Sequence record: PZ026127.1
Length of the DNA stretch: 64,000 nucleotides
Direction: 5' to 3' (one strand)
DNA from: a phage
Numbering within the stretch: position 1 is the first letter of the stretch; the number at the start of each line of letters is the position of its first letter. Made by a program: the position numbers and the translations under genes. The notes below the pieces were generated by a model, which was not told the DNA's origin, ran no database searches, and saw nothing but the letters and a program-made list of their open reading frames with translations. Of this stretch, positions 32,842 to 40,260 are shown piece after piece.

Positions 32842-33386
32842 TGAAAGCAAGCACATACCTTCAGATTGCATATCTGATTTCTCAAGAATCAAAATGTTGT
32901 TCGTGGAAAGTGGGTGCGGTTATCGAAAAGAATGGTCGCATTATCTCTACAGGCTATAACGGTTCGCCTTCTGGTGGTGTTAACTGTTGTGACCATGCTG
33001 TGGAACAGGACTGGACCCGTGTTGTGTATGACCCAGCGCGGATGTCGCATAAATCTGTTCTTCTTAAAGAACACCGCATGGCTCACGCTGCATGGTCATC
33101 TAAAAATGAAATCCATGCTGAACTGAATGCTATTTTGTTTGCAGCTCGTACCGGAAGTTCTATTGATGGCGCTACGATGTACGTGACATTATCTCCGTGC
33201 GCCGATTGTGCTAAGTCTATTGCGCAGTCTGGAATTAAAACATTGGTTTATGCTGAGCTCTATGACCGAAATCCTGAAGGGTGGGACGATATCCTCCGTG
33301 AATCAGGCATCGAAGTTATCCAGTATAATCGTACAGGTCTCCGTTCTTTGAACTGGGAATCAATTCAAAACTATTGCGGTGAATAA
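32841..33386 (+). CDS. cd: dCMP deaminase
   Basis: 181 aa; cytidine/deoxycytidylate deaminase zinc motifs HAE.NAI and PC..C (SPCADCAKSIAQSGIKTLVY). Confidence 0.9.
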   Translation: MKASTYLQIAYLISQESKCCSWKVGAVIEKNGRIISTGYNGSPSGGVNCCDHAVEQDWTRVVYDPARMSHKSVLLKEHRMAHAAWSSKNEIHAELNAILFAARTGSSIDGATMYVTLSPCADCAKSIAQSGIKTLVYAELYDRNPEGWDDILRESGIEVIQYNRTGLRSLNWESIQNYCGE

Positions 33387-33691
33387 TGAATATTTTATTT
33401 GAAAAACCTAAACAAGTGGTTACTGTTGATTACACAGATACATTTATTGATGCTCTTCTCCAAAAAGGTATCAAATCTATTAAAGTAGGTCCACTTTATG
33501 TTATTGAACAGCTTAAAGGCAATTCTACTGGCGAAATTTCGACTCATTCTACTAGTGATATCGAATATGTTATCGACCAATTGGTAAATGTAAACCCAGA
33601 ATTGGTATTAGTCCGTGAAGTTCGTAAAGAAACTCGTGGCGGCGAAACCAAGTATATTGTCCGCATTGATTATATAAAAATCGAAGGCTAA
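33386..33691 (+). CDS. hypothetical protein
   Basis: 101 aa; TAATG coupling. Confidence 0.5.
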   Translation: MNILFEKPKQVVTVDYTDTFIDALLQKGIKSIKVGPLYVIEQLKGNSTGEISTHSTSDIEYVIDQLVNVNPELVLVREVRKETRGGETKYIVRIDYIKIEG

Positions 33692-33714
33692 GCATCCTAA
33701 TTGAAGGAAACAAA

Positions 33715-33948
33715 ATGAAATTTCGTTTAGTTAAGTTTTCAGGTCTGAACTCAAAAGGTGAAAACCTGATAGCTTATTCAGTAGAATATAAAAAGTACTT
33801 TTTCTCTCGTTGGAAATCGTACTATAAATCCGAGTGGGTTCGCGCTGAAATGAAATATAAAACGGTGCCTATTCTTGATAATTGCCATAGCCTATTAAGA
33901 GCTCTAAAAGAGCGTAATGCAACCACTATCAAAACTATTCTGGAATAA
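33715..33948 (+). CDS. hypothetical protein
   Basis: 77 aa; RBS GAAGGAAA. Confidence 0.5.
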   Translation: MKFRLVKFSGLNSKGENLIAYSVEYKKYFFSRWKSYYKSEWVRAEMKYKTVPILDNCHSLLRALKERNATTIKTILE

Positions 33949-33950
33949 TT

Positions 33951-34250
33951 ATGATTTTAACCGAACAAGAAACTATTCGTCTCCGTGAAAAAGTCAAGAC
34001 TATTTTGTCTGTTGGTTTTCACGAAGTCCTGTTTGAAAAAGCTGATGGTAGTGCCCGTCGTATGACTTGTACTCGCGACTTAGACCTGCTGCCGTATAAA
34101 GAAGTCCAGGCCCCTGGGCCAGAAGCCAATAAAGAACCTGTTAATTATATCAGAGTATTTGATACCAAGGTTAATGATTGGCGCTCATTCCGTTTCGATA
34201 AGCTGATTTCTATTAACGGCCTTCAGACTGAAACTCTGCTTGTCCTGTAA
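33951..34250 (+). CDS. hypothetical protein
   Basis: 99 aa. Confidence 0.5.
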   Translation: MILTEQETIRLREKVKTILSVGFHEVLFEKADGSARRMTCTRDLDLLPYKEVQAPGPEANKEPVNYIRVFDTKVNDWRSFRFDKLISINGLQTETLLVL

Positions 34251-34308
34251 TATGCTTTAAGAATAGCGTGTTATTATTAATCTATCAACAAAACAATATG
34301 GATTAAAT

Positions 34309-34632
34309 ATGGAACTTCCTATTAAAGCGGTCGGAGAATATGTTATTCTCGTTTCCGAACCAAAACAAGCCGGTGATGAAGAAACTACTGCATCTGGTAT
34401 CGTTATTGGCAAACTTCATCAAGGTGAAATCCCTGAACTTTGTGAAATTTATTCTGTAGGACCTGATGTCCCTGAAGATTTTTGTGAAGTAGGCGATTTG
34501 ACTCCACTTCCTGTTGGTAAGATTGCTAACGTGCCTCATCCGTTGGTTGCATTGGGTATTAAACAACCTAAAGAAATTAAACAAAAATTCGTTACCTGTC
34601 ACTATAAAGCTATTCCTTGCCTTTATAAGTGA
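34309..34632 (+). CDS. 31: co-chaperonin gp31 (GroES-like)
   Basis: 107 aa (T4 gp31 111 aa); [52 protein letters not shown] near-identical to T4. Confidence 0.9.
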   Translation: MELPIKAVGEYVILVSEPKQAGDEETTASGIVIGKLHQGEIPELCEIYSVGPDVPEDFCEVGDLTPLPVGKIANVPHPLVALGIKQPKEIKQKFVTCHYKAIPCLYK

Positions 34633-34640
34633 TATAAATA
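34633..34640 (+). promoter_or_regulatory. late promoter-like TATAAATA downstream of gene 31
   Basis: Exact TATAAATA on plus strand; about 140 nt upstream of rIII. Confidence 0.4.
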
Positions 34641-34778
34641 ATAATATGGATTGGCTGCCGGACTAGTTAGTTAACCGGAGAATCCTAAGCGGTGGACTAC
34701 AACTGAGAGACTTGCCGAAAGGAAGTGAAATTCAGAAGAACGTGTCCACCAATCTTTATCTCGAATTGAGAAACTAAA

Positions 34779-35027
34779 ATGAACAAACAATTGAATCACG
34801 CTCTTGAACTGCAACGCAACGCTTGGAACAACGGTCACGAAAACTACGGCGCATCTATTGATGTTGAGGCCGAAGCACTGGAAATCCTGCGTTATTTCAA
34901 ACATCTGAATCCTGCTCAGGCTACTCTGGCTGCTGAACTGGAAGCTAAAGATGAACTGAAATTTGCTAAGCCTTTGGCTTCAGCAGCTCGTAAAGCAGTA
35001 CGTCATTTTATTATTACCCTGAAGTAA
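34779..35027 (+). CDS. rIII: RIII lysis-inhibition accessory protein
   Basis: 82 aa (T4 RIII 82 aa); position between 31 and the 30.x cluster. Confidence 0.65.
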   Translation: MNKQLNHALELQRNAWNNGHENYGASIDVEAEALEILRYFKHLNPAQATLAAELEAKDELKFAKPLASAARKAVRHFIITLK

Positions 35028-35289
35028 GTTAAATCGAGGAGCCGTCGAACTGTTTGATTAATGATTTGCGAATCATTATAGTTTTAAGACCCCAACAGTT
35101 TTACGGTGTACCTCTTGAATGTATTTTGTACTATCACGCGTCAGAAAAAGGTTATCTGTCTAAGTCGTGGTTGGTATGATGACGAGGTTTATGGTTATCC
35201 TGTCGTTAAATATCCGAAACCTATGTTCCCCTTGAGGGCTTGCGCAGGCAACGCCAATAAGTCCTGCATCCTAATTTAAGAGATTTAAA

Positions 35290-35451
35290 ATGGCCAAGAA
35301 AGAAGTTAAAGTAGTTGACGGTACCTCTAAACGCGCTGGTTACAAGCGTGCGTCCAACAAGCGTATCGATCAGGTAGTTGATAAGCTTCAAGCTCGTGCT
35401 CGTGCGGTATTGCGTGCAGATGCTGCTTGCTTTGGTAAGCCTCAGGCATAA
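35290..35451 (+). CDS. small basic protein (53 aa)
   Basis: ORF read by eye, Lys/Arg-rich; followed by intrinsic terminator. Confidence 0.35.
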   Translation: MAKKEVKVVDGTSKRAGYKRASNKRIDQVVDKLQARARAVLRADAACFGKPQA

Positions 35452-35454
35452 GTT

Positions 35455-35480
35455 ATGGGACTCTTCGGAGTCCCATTTTT
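35455..35480 (+). terminator. intrinsic terminator
   Basis: GGGACTC-TTCG-GAGTCCC followed by ATTTTTGTTT. Confidence 0.65.
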
Positions 35481-35502
35481 GTTTCTAAATCTTTAAAAAA
35501 TG

Positions 35503-35531
35503 GTGTACATCTCCGGTAGGCATGATACTAT
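35503..35531 (+). promoter_or_regulatory. early promoter (variant -35 GTGTAC)
   Basis: GTGTAC, 17 nt, TACTAT. Confidence 0.5.
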
Positions 35532-35562
35532 AGACATGTACTAAATAATACGAAAACAAACT
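35531..35562 (+). repeat. promoter-proximal leader repeat, copy 1
   Basis: TAGACATGTACTAAATAATACGAAAACAAACT; near-identical copy at 35974-36005. Confidence 0.7.
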
Positions 35563-35572
35563 GGAGAATAAA

Positions 35573-35941
35573 ATGAAAATCAATCTTAACTCATATATCA
35601 AATGTAAAGACCACGACGGTTACAAAGCAATCGAAACTAAAGAAATGCAATGGCACTTGTACAAAGAACAATTTGAATTTGTAGGTTGCATGACTCCGGA
35701 AGGTCCTTCTGATGACTTCTCTTGGAAAATTATGGTAACAAACTTTTTTACCGGTGATACCTACGAACTGAAAACTATCATAACCGGTAAGATTCGTTGT
35801 AAGACCTATGAAGATGAAGAAACCGGTTATTCTGAAGATGTTACATGGTATCAAAATGGTCGCACTACTGCTGATGAGTTGATTGAAAAAATGAAAGCCA
35901 AAGGTGAATTAAATTTAGATAATTGGATTAAAGTTGCATAA
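35573..35941 (+). CDS. hypothetical early protein
   Basis: 122 aa; RBS GGAGAATAAA; own early promoter. Confidence 0.5.
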   Translation: MKINLNSYIKCKDHDGYKAIETKEMQWHLYKEQFEFVGCMTPEGPSDDFSWKIMVTNFFTGDTYELKTIITGKIRCKTYEDEETGYSEDVTWYQNGRTTADELIEKMKAKGELNLDNWIKVA

Positions 35942-35945
35942 AACA

Positions 35946-35976
35946 GTTTACTTTGGTACAGGTTGTGTTATTATAG
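35946..35976 (+). promoter_or_regulatory. early promoter
   Basis: GTTTAC, 17 nt, TATTAT; flanked by inverted repeat GGTACAGG/CCTGTACC. Confidence 0.55.
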
Positions 35977-36005
35977 ACCTGTACCAAATAATACGAAAAC
36001 AAACT
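35974..36005 (+). repeat. promoter-proximal leader repeat, copy 2
   Basis: TAGACCTGTACCAAATAATACGAAAACAAACT (2 mismatches to copy 1). Confidence 0.7.
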
Positions 36006-36023
36006 AAACCAAAGGATAATAAA

Positions 36024-36389
36024 ATGAACTACATCAACTTCGAACGTAAATATGTTTCTATCGGTGCGGTTGGTTCTAACGAATACATGTGTTTATGGGA
36101 GCATAAAAACGGTTCAGTTTGCGAAATCGACCATTGGGTTTCTCCTGATTATGTTTATATGCGATTTGAAAATGGTATCACTCTTTCAATCACTAAAGAA
36201 GGTTCTTCTTTTAAAATAGCTTTAGATGATGATTTCCGTCAACGTGATTTAGGTACTCATCCTTGCTGGAACGGCGTTAATCGTAAGCTTCTGGTTAAAA
36301 CTTGGATTCGTCACATCCTGAGCAACCGAGCTAAACCTGAACACCTGGAAGCAATCTTTGATGTAGTTCTGAACGAATTCGACATCTAA
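36024..36389 (+). CDS. hypothetical early protein
   Basis: 121 aa from ATG; shares promoter-leader repeat with upstream gene. Confidence 0.5.
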   Translation: MNYINFERKYVSIGAVGSNEYMCLWEHKNGSVCEIDHWVSPDYVYMRFENGITLSITKEGSSFKIALDDDFRQRDLGTHPCWNGVNRKLLVKTWIRHILSNRAKPEHLEAIFDVVLNEFDI

Positions 36390-36399
36390 TCTTAAAAAT

Positions 36400-36418
36400 G
36401 GAGGCTTCGGCCTCCTTT
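36400..36418 (+). terminator. hairpin/weak terminator
   Basis: GGAGGC-TTCG-GCCTCC followed by TTT. Confidence 0.4.
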
Positions 36419-36430
36419 GAGGAAAATATT

Positions 36431-36718
36431 ATGTTTATGACCACTTATTTCGATACTCGTAAAAATTTCTGTGAAGTTGTTTTCTCTAAAGCAGGTAAAG
36501 ACGTTCCTGCCGACAAACAACCCACTCGTGAATCTATTAAGGCCTATGCTGATGTTGTATGCCCGGTAGAATTCCGTACTGTTAATGGTCGTGATACCCT
36601 AGCAATCACTAAGCTCAACCATGATATCAATATCGACCCAAGTGTCGCCCGTGAAGTCAATACCTCTGACATCTATGGTGGTAATGTTAAATCACACGGC
36701 TTTCAGATGAGGTTCTAA
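36431..36718 (+). CDS. hypothetical protein
   Basis: 95 aa from ATG with RBS GAGGAAAA; upstream ATG of track ORF lies inside a hairpin. Confidence 0.5.
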   Translation: MFMTTYFDTRKNFCEVVFSKAGKDVPADKQPTRESIKAYADVVCPVEFRTVNGRDTLAITKLNHDINIDPSVAREVNTSDIYGGNVKSHGFQMRF

Positions 36719-36912
36719 TGCAACTATTTTTATCGCAAACAGTCCAGTTAAAAGGCGTAGGTATTCCTGGAATGATTTCAAAGGTTCTACCTGCTTTTAA
36801 ATTAGGTAATGTTACTATTAAAGAAGCCTACACCGTCTTATGGGTCGATGGAACTGAAGACGTTCGCATGGGCGGTGAACTGTCTGTAATCAAATGTTTA
36901 AAGCGAGGATAA
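36718..36912 (+). CDS. hypothetical small protein
   Basis: 64 aa; TAATG coupling. Confidence 0.45.
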   Translation: MQLFLSQTVQLKGVGIPGMISKVLPAFKLGNVTIKEAYTVLWVDGTEDVRMGGELSVIKCLKRG

Positions 36913-36913
36913 T

Positions 36914-37126
36914 ATGTTTAAGAAATTGATTCAGAAATTATTAGGTACGGAAATGGTCGAAGTGACTTATCGTGTGACTGATTTATCTCCTGTGCATCCG
37001 CAAGATGAACCATATACTAAAACAATTAAAATGCTGAAATCTGATGGCGGATTATCTATTGAAGACCGTCTACCTGGTTATGGTCATTGGGCTGATGTCG
37101 AAATTATAAGTGTCAAAGATGTCTGA
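36914..37126 (+). CDS. hypothetical small protein
   Basis: 70 aa. Confidence 0.45.
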   Translation: MFKKLIQKLLGTEMVEVTYRVTDLSPVHPQDEPYTKTIKMLKSDGGLSIEDRLPGYGHWADVEIISVKDV

Positions 37127-37577
37127 GTTAGAAATAAGAAGCAATTTTCCATGGCCATCGTGTGCATTAAGTAACTTTGCTAAATGGCCTTTCGTTATGG
37201 ATGGTATCCAATTTGGTGGGCTCGAAGGATTCCTCCAAGGATGTAAGGTGAGAAATCATGAACAACAAAAACGTATATTTGGGATGTCCGGTCTGGCCGC
37301 ACAACAAACTGGAAGAGCTTATGCTAGAGCTGCGGACCGTGGGACGCTGTTCTGGCTTGGAATTCCCTTTTCAAGATACTCTACATCATGGAAAGAGTTG
37401 TATACAAATGCATATTTTGAAGCAGCGCTCCAAAACAAAGGATTCCGCGACGCATTACAAGCTACAAAGGGCAAAGTTTTAAAGCATTCGATGGCGAGCC
37501 ACCTTACAGAATGTGATACAATACTAACTGAAAAAGAGTTTATCGACATCCTAAACAAATTGAGAGATTTATTATGA
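37119..37577 (+). CDS. NADAR-family (YbiA-like) protein, putative ADP-ribose/N-glycoside hydrolase
   Basis: ALSNFAKWPFVMDGIQF.G.EGFLQ resembles the signature N-terminal motif of E. coli YbiA/NADAR domain (DFSNFAAWPIKVDG); track ORF starts at GTG 37110. Confidence 0.6.
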   Translation: MSELEIRSNFPWPSCALSNFAKWPFVMDGIQFGGLEGFLQGCKVRNHEQQKRIFGMSGLAAQQTGRAYARAADRGTLFWLGIPFSRYSTSWKELYTNAYFEAALQNKGFRDALQATKGKVLKHSMASHLTECDTILTEKEFIDILNKLRDLL

Positions 37578-38212
37578 AACCAGTTATCTTAACAGATATC
37601 GATGGAGTATGTTTAAGTTGGCAGTCCGGCTTGCCTTATTTCGCACAGAAATATAATTTGCCTTTAGAACATATTTTGAATATGATTCAGGACGAACGTT
37701 TCTTATCTCCTGGTGAGCTGTTTAATTGTGATAATGAATTAGGCGCTCGTTTAATCGAGAAGTACAATCAGTCAGATTTTATTCGTTATCTGTCTCCTTA
37801 CATGGACGCATTAAAACATATCAACAAGCTCAAAAAAGACTTCGATTTTGTAGCCGTGACTGCGCTAGGCGACTCAATTGATGCACTGCTGAATAGACAA
37901 TTCAATTTGAATGCTTTGTTCCCTGGCGCATTCAAGGAGATTCTGATGTGTGGTCATTCAGAATCAAAAGAAGACCTCTTCATAAGAGCTAAAAATACGT
38001 ACGGTAAACGTATTAAGTTTTATGTTGATGATTTGGCTCACCACTGTGATGCTGCATCTAATGTTCTCATGGATATCCAAGTTTATTGGTTAGCTCGTGG
38101 TGAACGTGACTTTAAACCTAATTTAGCCGTAAAGGTTAATTCATGGGACGATATCGCAGCAATCGAATCCCTTCGTAATAATGCCGCAGTTGAATGGATT
38201 GCTCGAGGTTAA
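37574..38212 (+). CDS. HAD-superfamily-like hydrolase (putative phosphatase/nucleotidase)
   Basis: N-terminal ILTDIDGV motif (HAD motif I DxDG); 212 aa; ATGA coupling with NADAR gene. Confidence 0.45.
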   Translation: MKPVILTDIDGVCLSWQSGLPYFAQKYNLPLEHILNMIQDERFLSPGELFNCDNELGARLIEKYNQSDFIRYLSPYMDALKHINKLKKDFDFVAVTALGDSIDALLNRQFNLNALFPGAFKEILMCGHSESKEDLFIRAKNTYGKRIKFYVDDLAHHCDAASNVLMDIQVYWLARGERDFKPNLAVKVNSWDDIAAIESLRNNAAVEWIARG

Positions 38213-38213
38213 T

Positions 38214-38492
38214 ATGTTTGTAGTTCATACAATTTCAGACTATGGTCCTACCACTACAATGGATTATGGTCATGTAAACCAGTTTATTCGTCATGTGAAT
38301 CATGATTACTCATTTGATGTAAATCCGGCTAAAGACCATCCTGTTTGGCGCGAATGCGTCGAACAGGGATTCATTTATGTCCACTTTATGTCCAAGTTCA
38401 AATCTGATGGGCGAATGAGATTTGTGTTCTCTTATCATAAGCGATTAGACTTGCTTTTGGCTGATGTGGCTTATAATAGAATCCATGACTAA
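38214..38492 (+). CDS. hypothetical protein
   Basis: about 92 aa from ATG; His-rich. Confidence 0.4.
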   Translation: MFVVHTISDYGPTTTMDYGHVNQFIRHVNHDYSFDVNPAKDHPVWRECVEQGFIYVHFMSKFKSDGRMRFVFSYHKRLDLLLADVAYNRIHD

Positions 38493-38502
38493 TGAGGTGA
38501 TT

Positions 38503-40026
38503 ATGATTTTAGATATTTTAAACGAAATTGCTGCTATTGATTCTACTAAAGCTAAAGAAGCCATTATTGCTCGTGAAAAGGACAATGAGCTTCTGAAACG
38601 TGTTTATCGTATGGCGTATACCCGTCGTCTGAACTACGGTATTAAAAAGTGGCCAGAACCTGGATTTACATCTCAATCCTTTGGTATGATTACTCTTGAA
38701 GACCTTCTTGATTTCGCTGAATTCACATTAGCCACACGTAAGATTACGGGTAATGCGGCTATTGAAGAACTGGCTCAAATCATTGCTGATGCTAAGGCCC
38801 CGGATGCCGAGGTATTACGTCGTGTAATGATGCGCGACCTTGAATGTGGTGCATCGATTTCTATTGCTAACAAGGTTTGGAAAGGTTTAATCCCTGAACA
38901 ACCGCAGATGTTGGCGAGTTCTTATGATGAAGCTTTGATTAAGAAAAATATTAAATGGCCAGCGTTTGCTCAATTAAAAGCTGATGGCGCTCGTTGTTTT
39001 GCTGAAGTTCGTAATGATGGTGTGACGTTCCTTACTCGTGGTGGTAATGAATACCAAGGGCTTCATCTTTTAGCTGCTGAATTAATGGTGATGACCGAAG
39101 AAGCTCGTCAACGTCATCCTAATGGTGTTATGATTGATGGTGAATTAGTTTACCATACTCCTAAAGTAGAACCTAAAGCATCTAATGATTTGTTTAGTAT
39201 GTTTGATGAGGAACTTCCTGAATTAAGTAAGGCTAAGGAATTCCAAACTGTCGCCGATCGTTCCACTTCAAACGGCTTGGCTAACAAGGCTCTTCAAGGA
39301 ACTATTACTCCGACCGAAGCCGCAGGTATGGTATTACAGGCATGGGATTATGTCCCATTGGATGTCGTATATTCCGAAGGTAAAATTAAAGGCGATAAGT
39401 ATGATGTACGCTTTACAGCCTTAGAACTTATGGTTGCCCATAATGTCGTATTGCATGGTACAACGCGTGTTGAAGCTATTGAAAACCAATGGGTTAACAA
39501 TTTGGCTGAAGCTAAAGCGGTTTATAAGAAATATATCGGTAAACGCTTGGAAGGTATTATCCTTAAGAACATGGACTCCTACTGGGAGAACCGCCGTTCT
39601 AAGAATCTTATCAAGTTCAAAGAAGTAATCGATATTGCTTTAGAAGTAGTAGGTTACTATGAACACTCGAAGGACCCCAATAAGATTGGCGGTATAGAGT
39701 TAGTATCACGTTGTCGTCGTATTACAACTGACTGTGGTTCTGGTTTTAAAGATACCACCCATAAGAAAGATAAATCTGGTAAAAAGGTATTGATTCCATT
39801 GGAAGATCGTCCTGATTTAGACCGTGAACTTCTTATGAAACAAGCCCGTGAAGGTAAGTTGATTGGGCGTATTGCCGACTGTGAATGTAATGGGTGGGTT
39901 CATTCTAAAGGACGCACTGATACTGTAAGTATTTTCCTTCCAACTATTAAAGGTTGGCGTTTCGATAAAACGGAAGCCGATTCATTTGAAGATGTATTTG
40001 GCGATTGGTCTCAAACTGGACTATAA
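38503..40026 (+). CDS. 30: ATP-dependent DNA ligase
   Basis: MILDILNEIA.I.STKAK start and ...FAQLKADGARCFAEVR (adenylation Lys motif KxDG), ECNGW match T4 DNA ligase; RBS GAGGTGA. Confidence 0.9.
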   Translation: MILDILNEIAAIDSTKAKEAIIAREKDNELLKRVYRMAYTRRLNYGIKKWPEPGFTSQSFGMITLEDLLDFAEFTLATRKITGNAAIEELAQIIADAKAPDAEVLRRVMMRDLECGASISIANKVWKGLIPEQPQMLASSYDEALIKKNIKWPAFAQLKADGARCFAEVRNDGVTFLTRGGNEYQGLHLLAAELMVMTEEARQRHPNGVMIDGELVYHTPKVEPKASNDLFSMFDEELPELSKAKEFQTVADRSTSNGLANKALQGTITPTEAAGMVLQAWDYVPLDVVYSEGKIKGDKYDVRFTALELMVAHNVVLHGTTRVEAIENQWVNNLAEAKAVYKKYIGKRLEGIILKNMDSYWENRRSKNLIKFKEVIDIALEVVGYYEHSKDPNKIGGIELVSRCRRITTDCGSGFKDTTHKKDKSGKKVLIPLEDRPDLDRELLMKQAREGKLIGRIADCECNGWVHSKGRTDTVSIFLPTIKGWRFDKTEADSFEDVFGDWSQTGL

Positions 40027-40027
40027 T

Positions 40028-40210
40028 ATGAAAGCTTATTTAGAAACCGTGGTTATTGGATATAAAGAAGGTGGCGATGTCTCCACCGCAGTGTCCCAAA
40101 TTGTCCTTGAATTTGAAAATGAAATCGCATTCGCTGATTTTAAAGATAATTTCGACCGCTATGAAAAGGGTCCTAAATTTGAAGTATACCGTACGTTGCT
40201 ACCACTTTAA
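40028..40210 (+). CDS. hypothetical small protein
   Basis: 60 aa from ATG overlapping ligase stop; followed by terminator. Confidence 0.4.
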   Translation: MKAYLETVVIGYKEGGDVSTAVSQIVLEFENEIAFADFKDNFDRYEKGPKFEVYRTLLPL

Positions 40211-40227
40211 GGCCTTCGGGCCTTTTC
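40209..40227 (+). terminator. intrinsic terminator before alt array
   Basis: AAGGCC-TTCG-GGCCTT followed by TTCT. Confidence 0.5.
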
Positions 40228-40260
40228 TGGCATAAATAAGGTTATTAAAGAGGAATTATT

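Noticed and set aside
35028-35289. tRNA or other structured RNA gene in the long untranslated gap
   Set aside because: No T-loop-like GTTCNANNC motif or cloverleaf-compatible complementarity seen by eye; kept only as an unexplained non-coding region in the findings.
36398-36430. Upstream ATG start (36398) for the ORF at 36431
   Set aside because: The ATG lies inside the GGAGGC-TTCG-GCCTCC hairpin downstream of the previous gene and lacks an RBS; the ATG at 36431 has a GAGGAAAA RBS.
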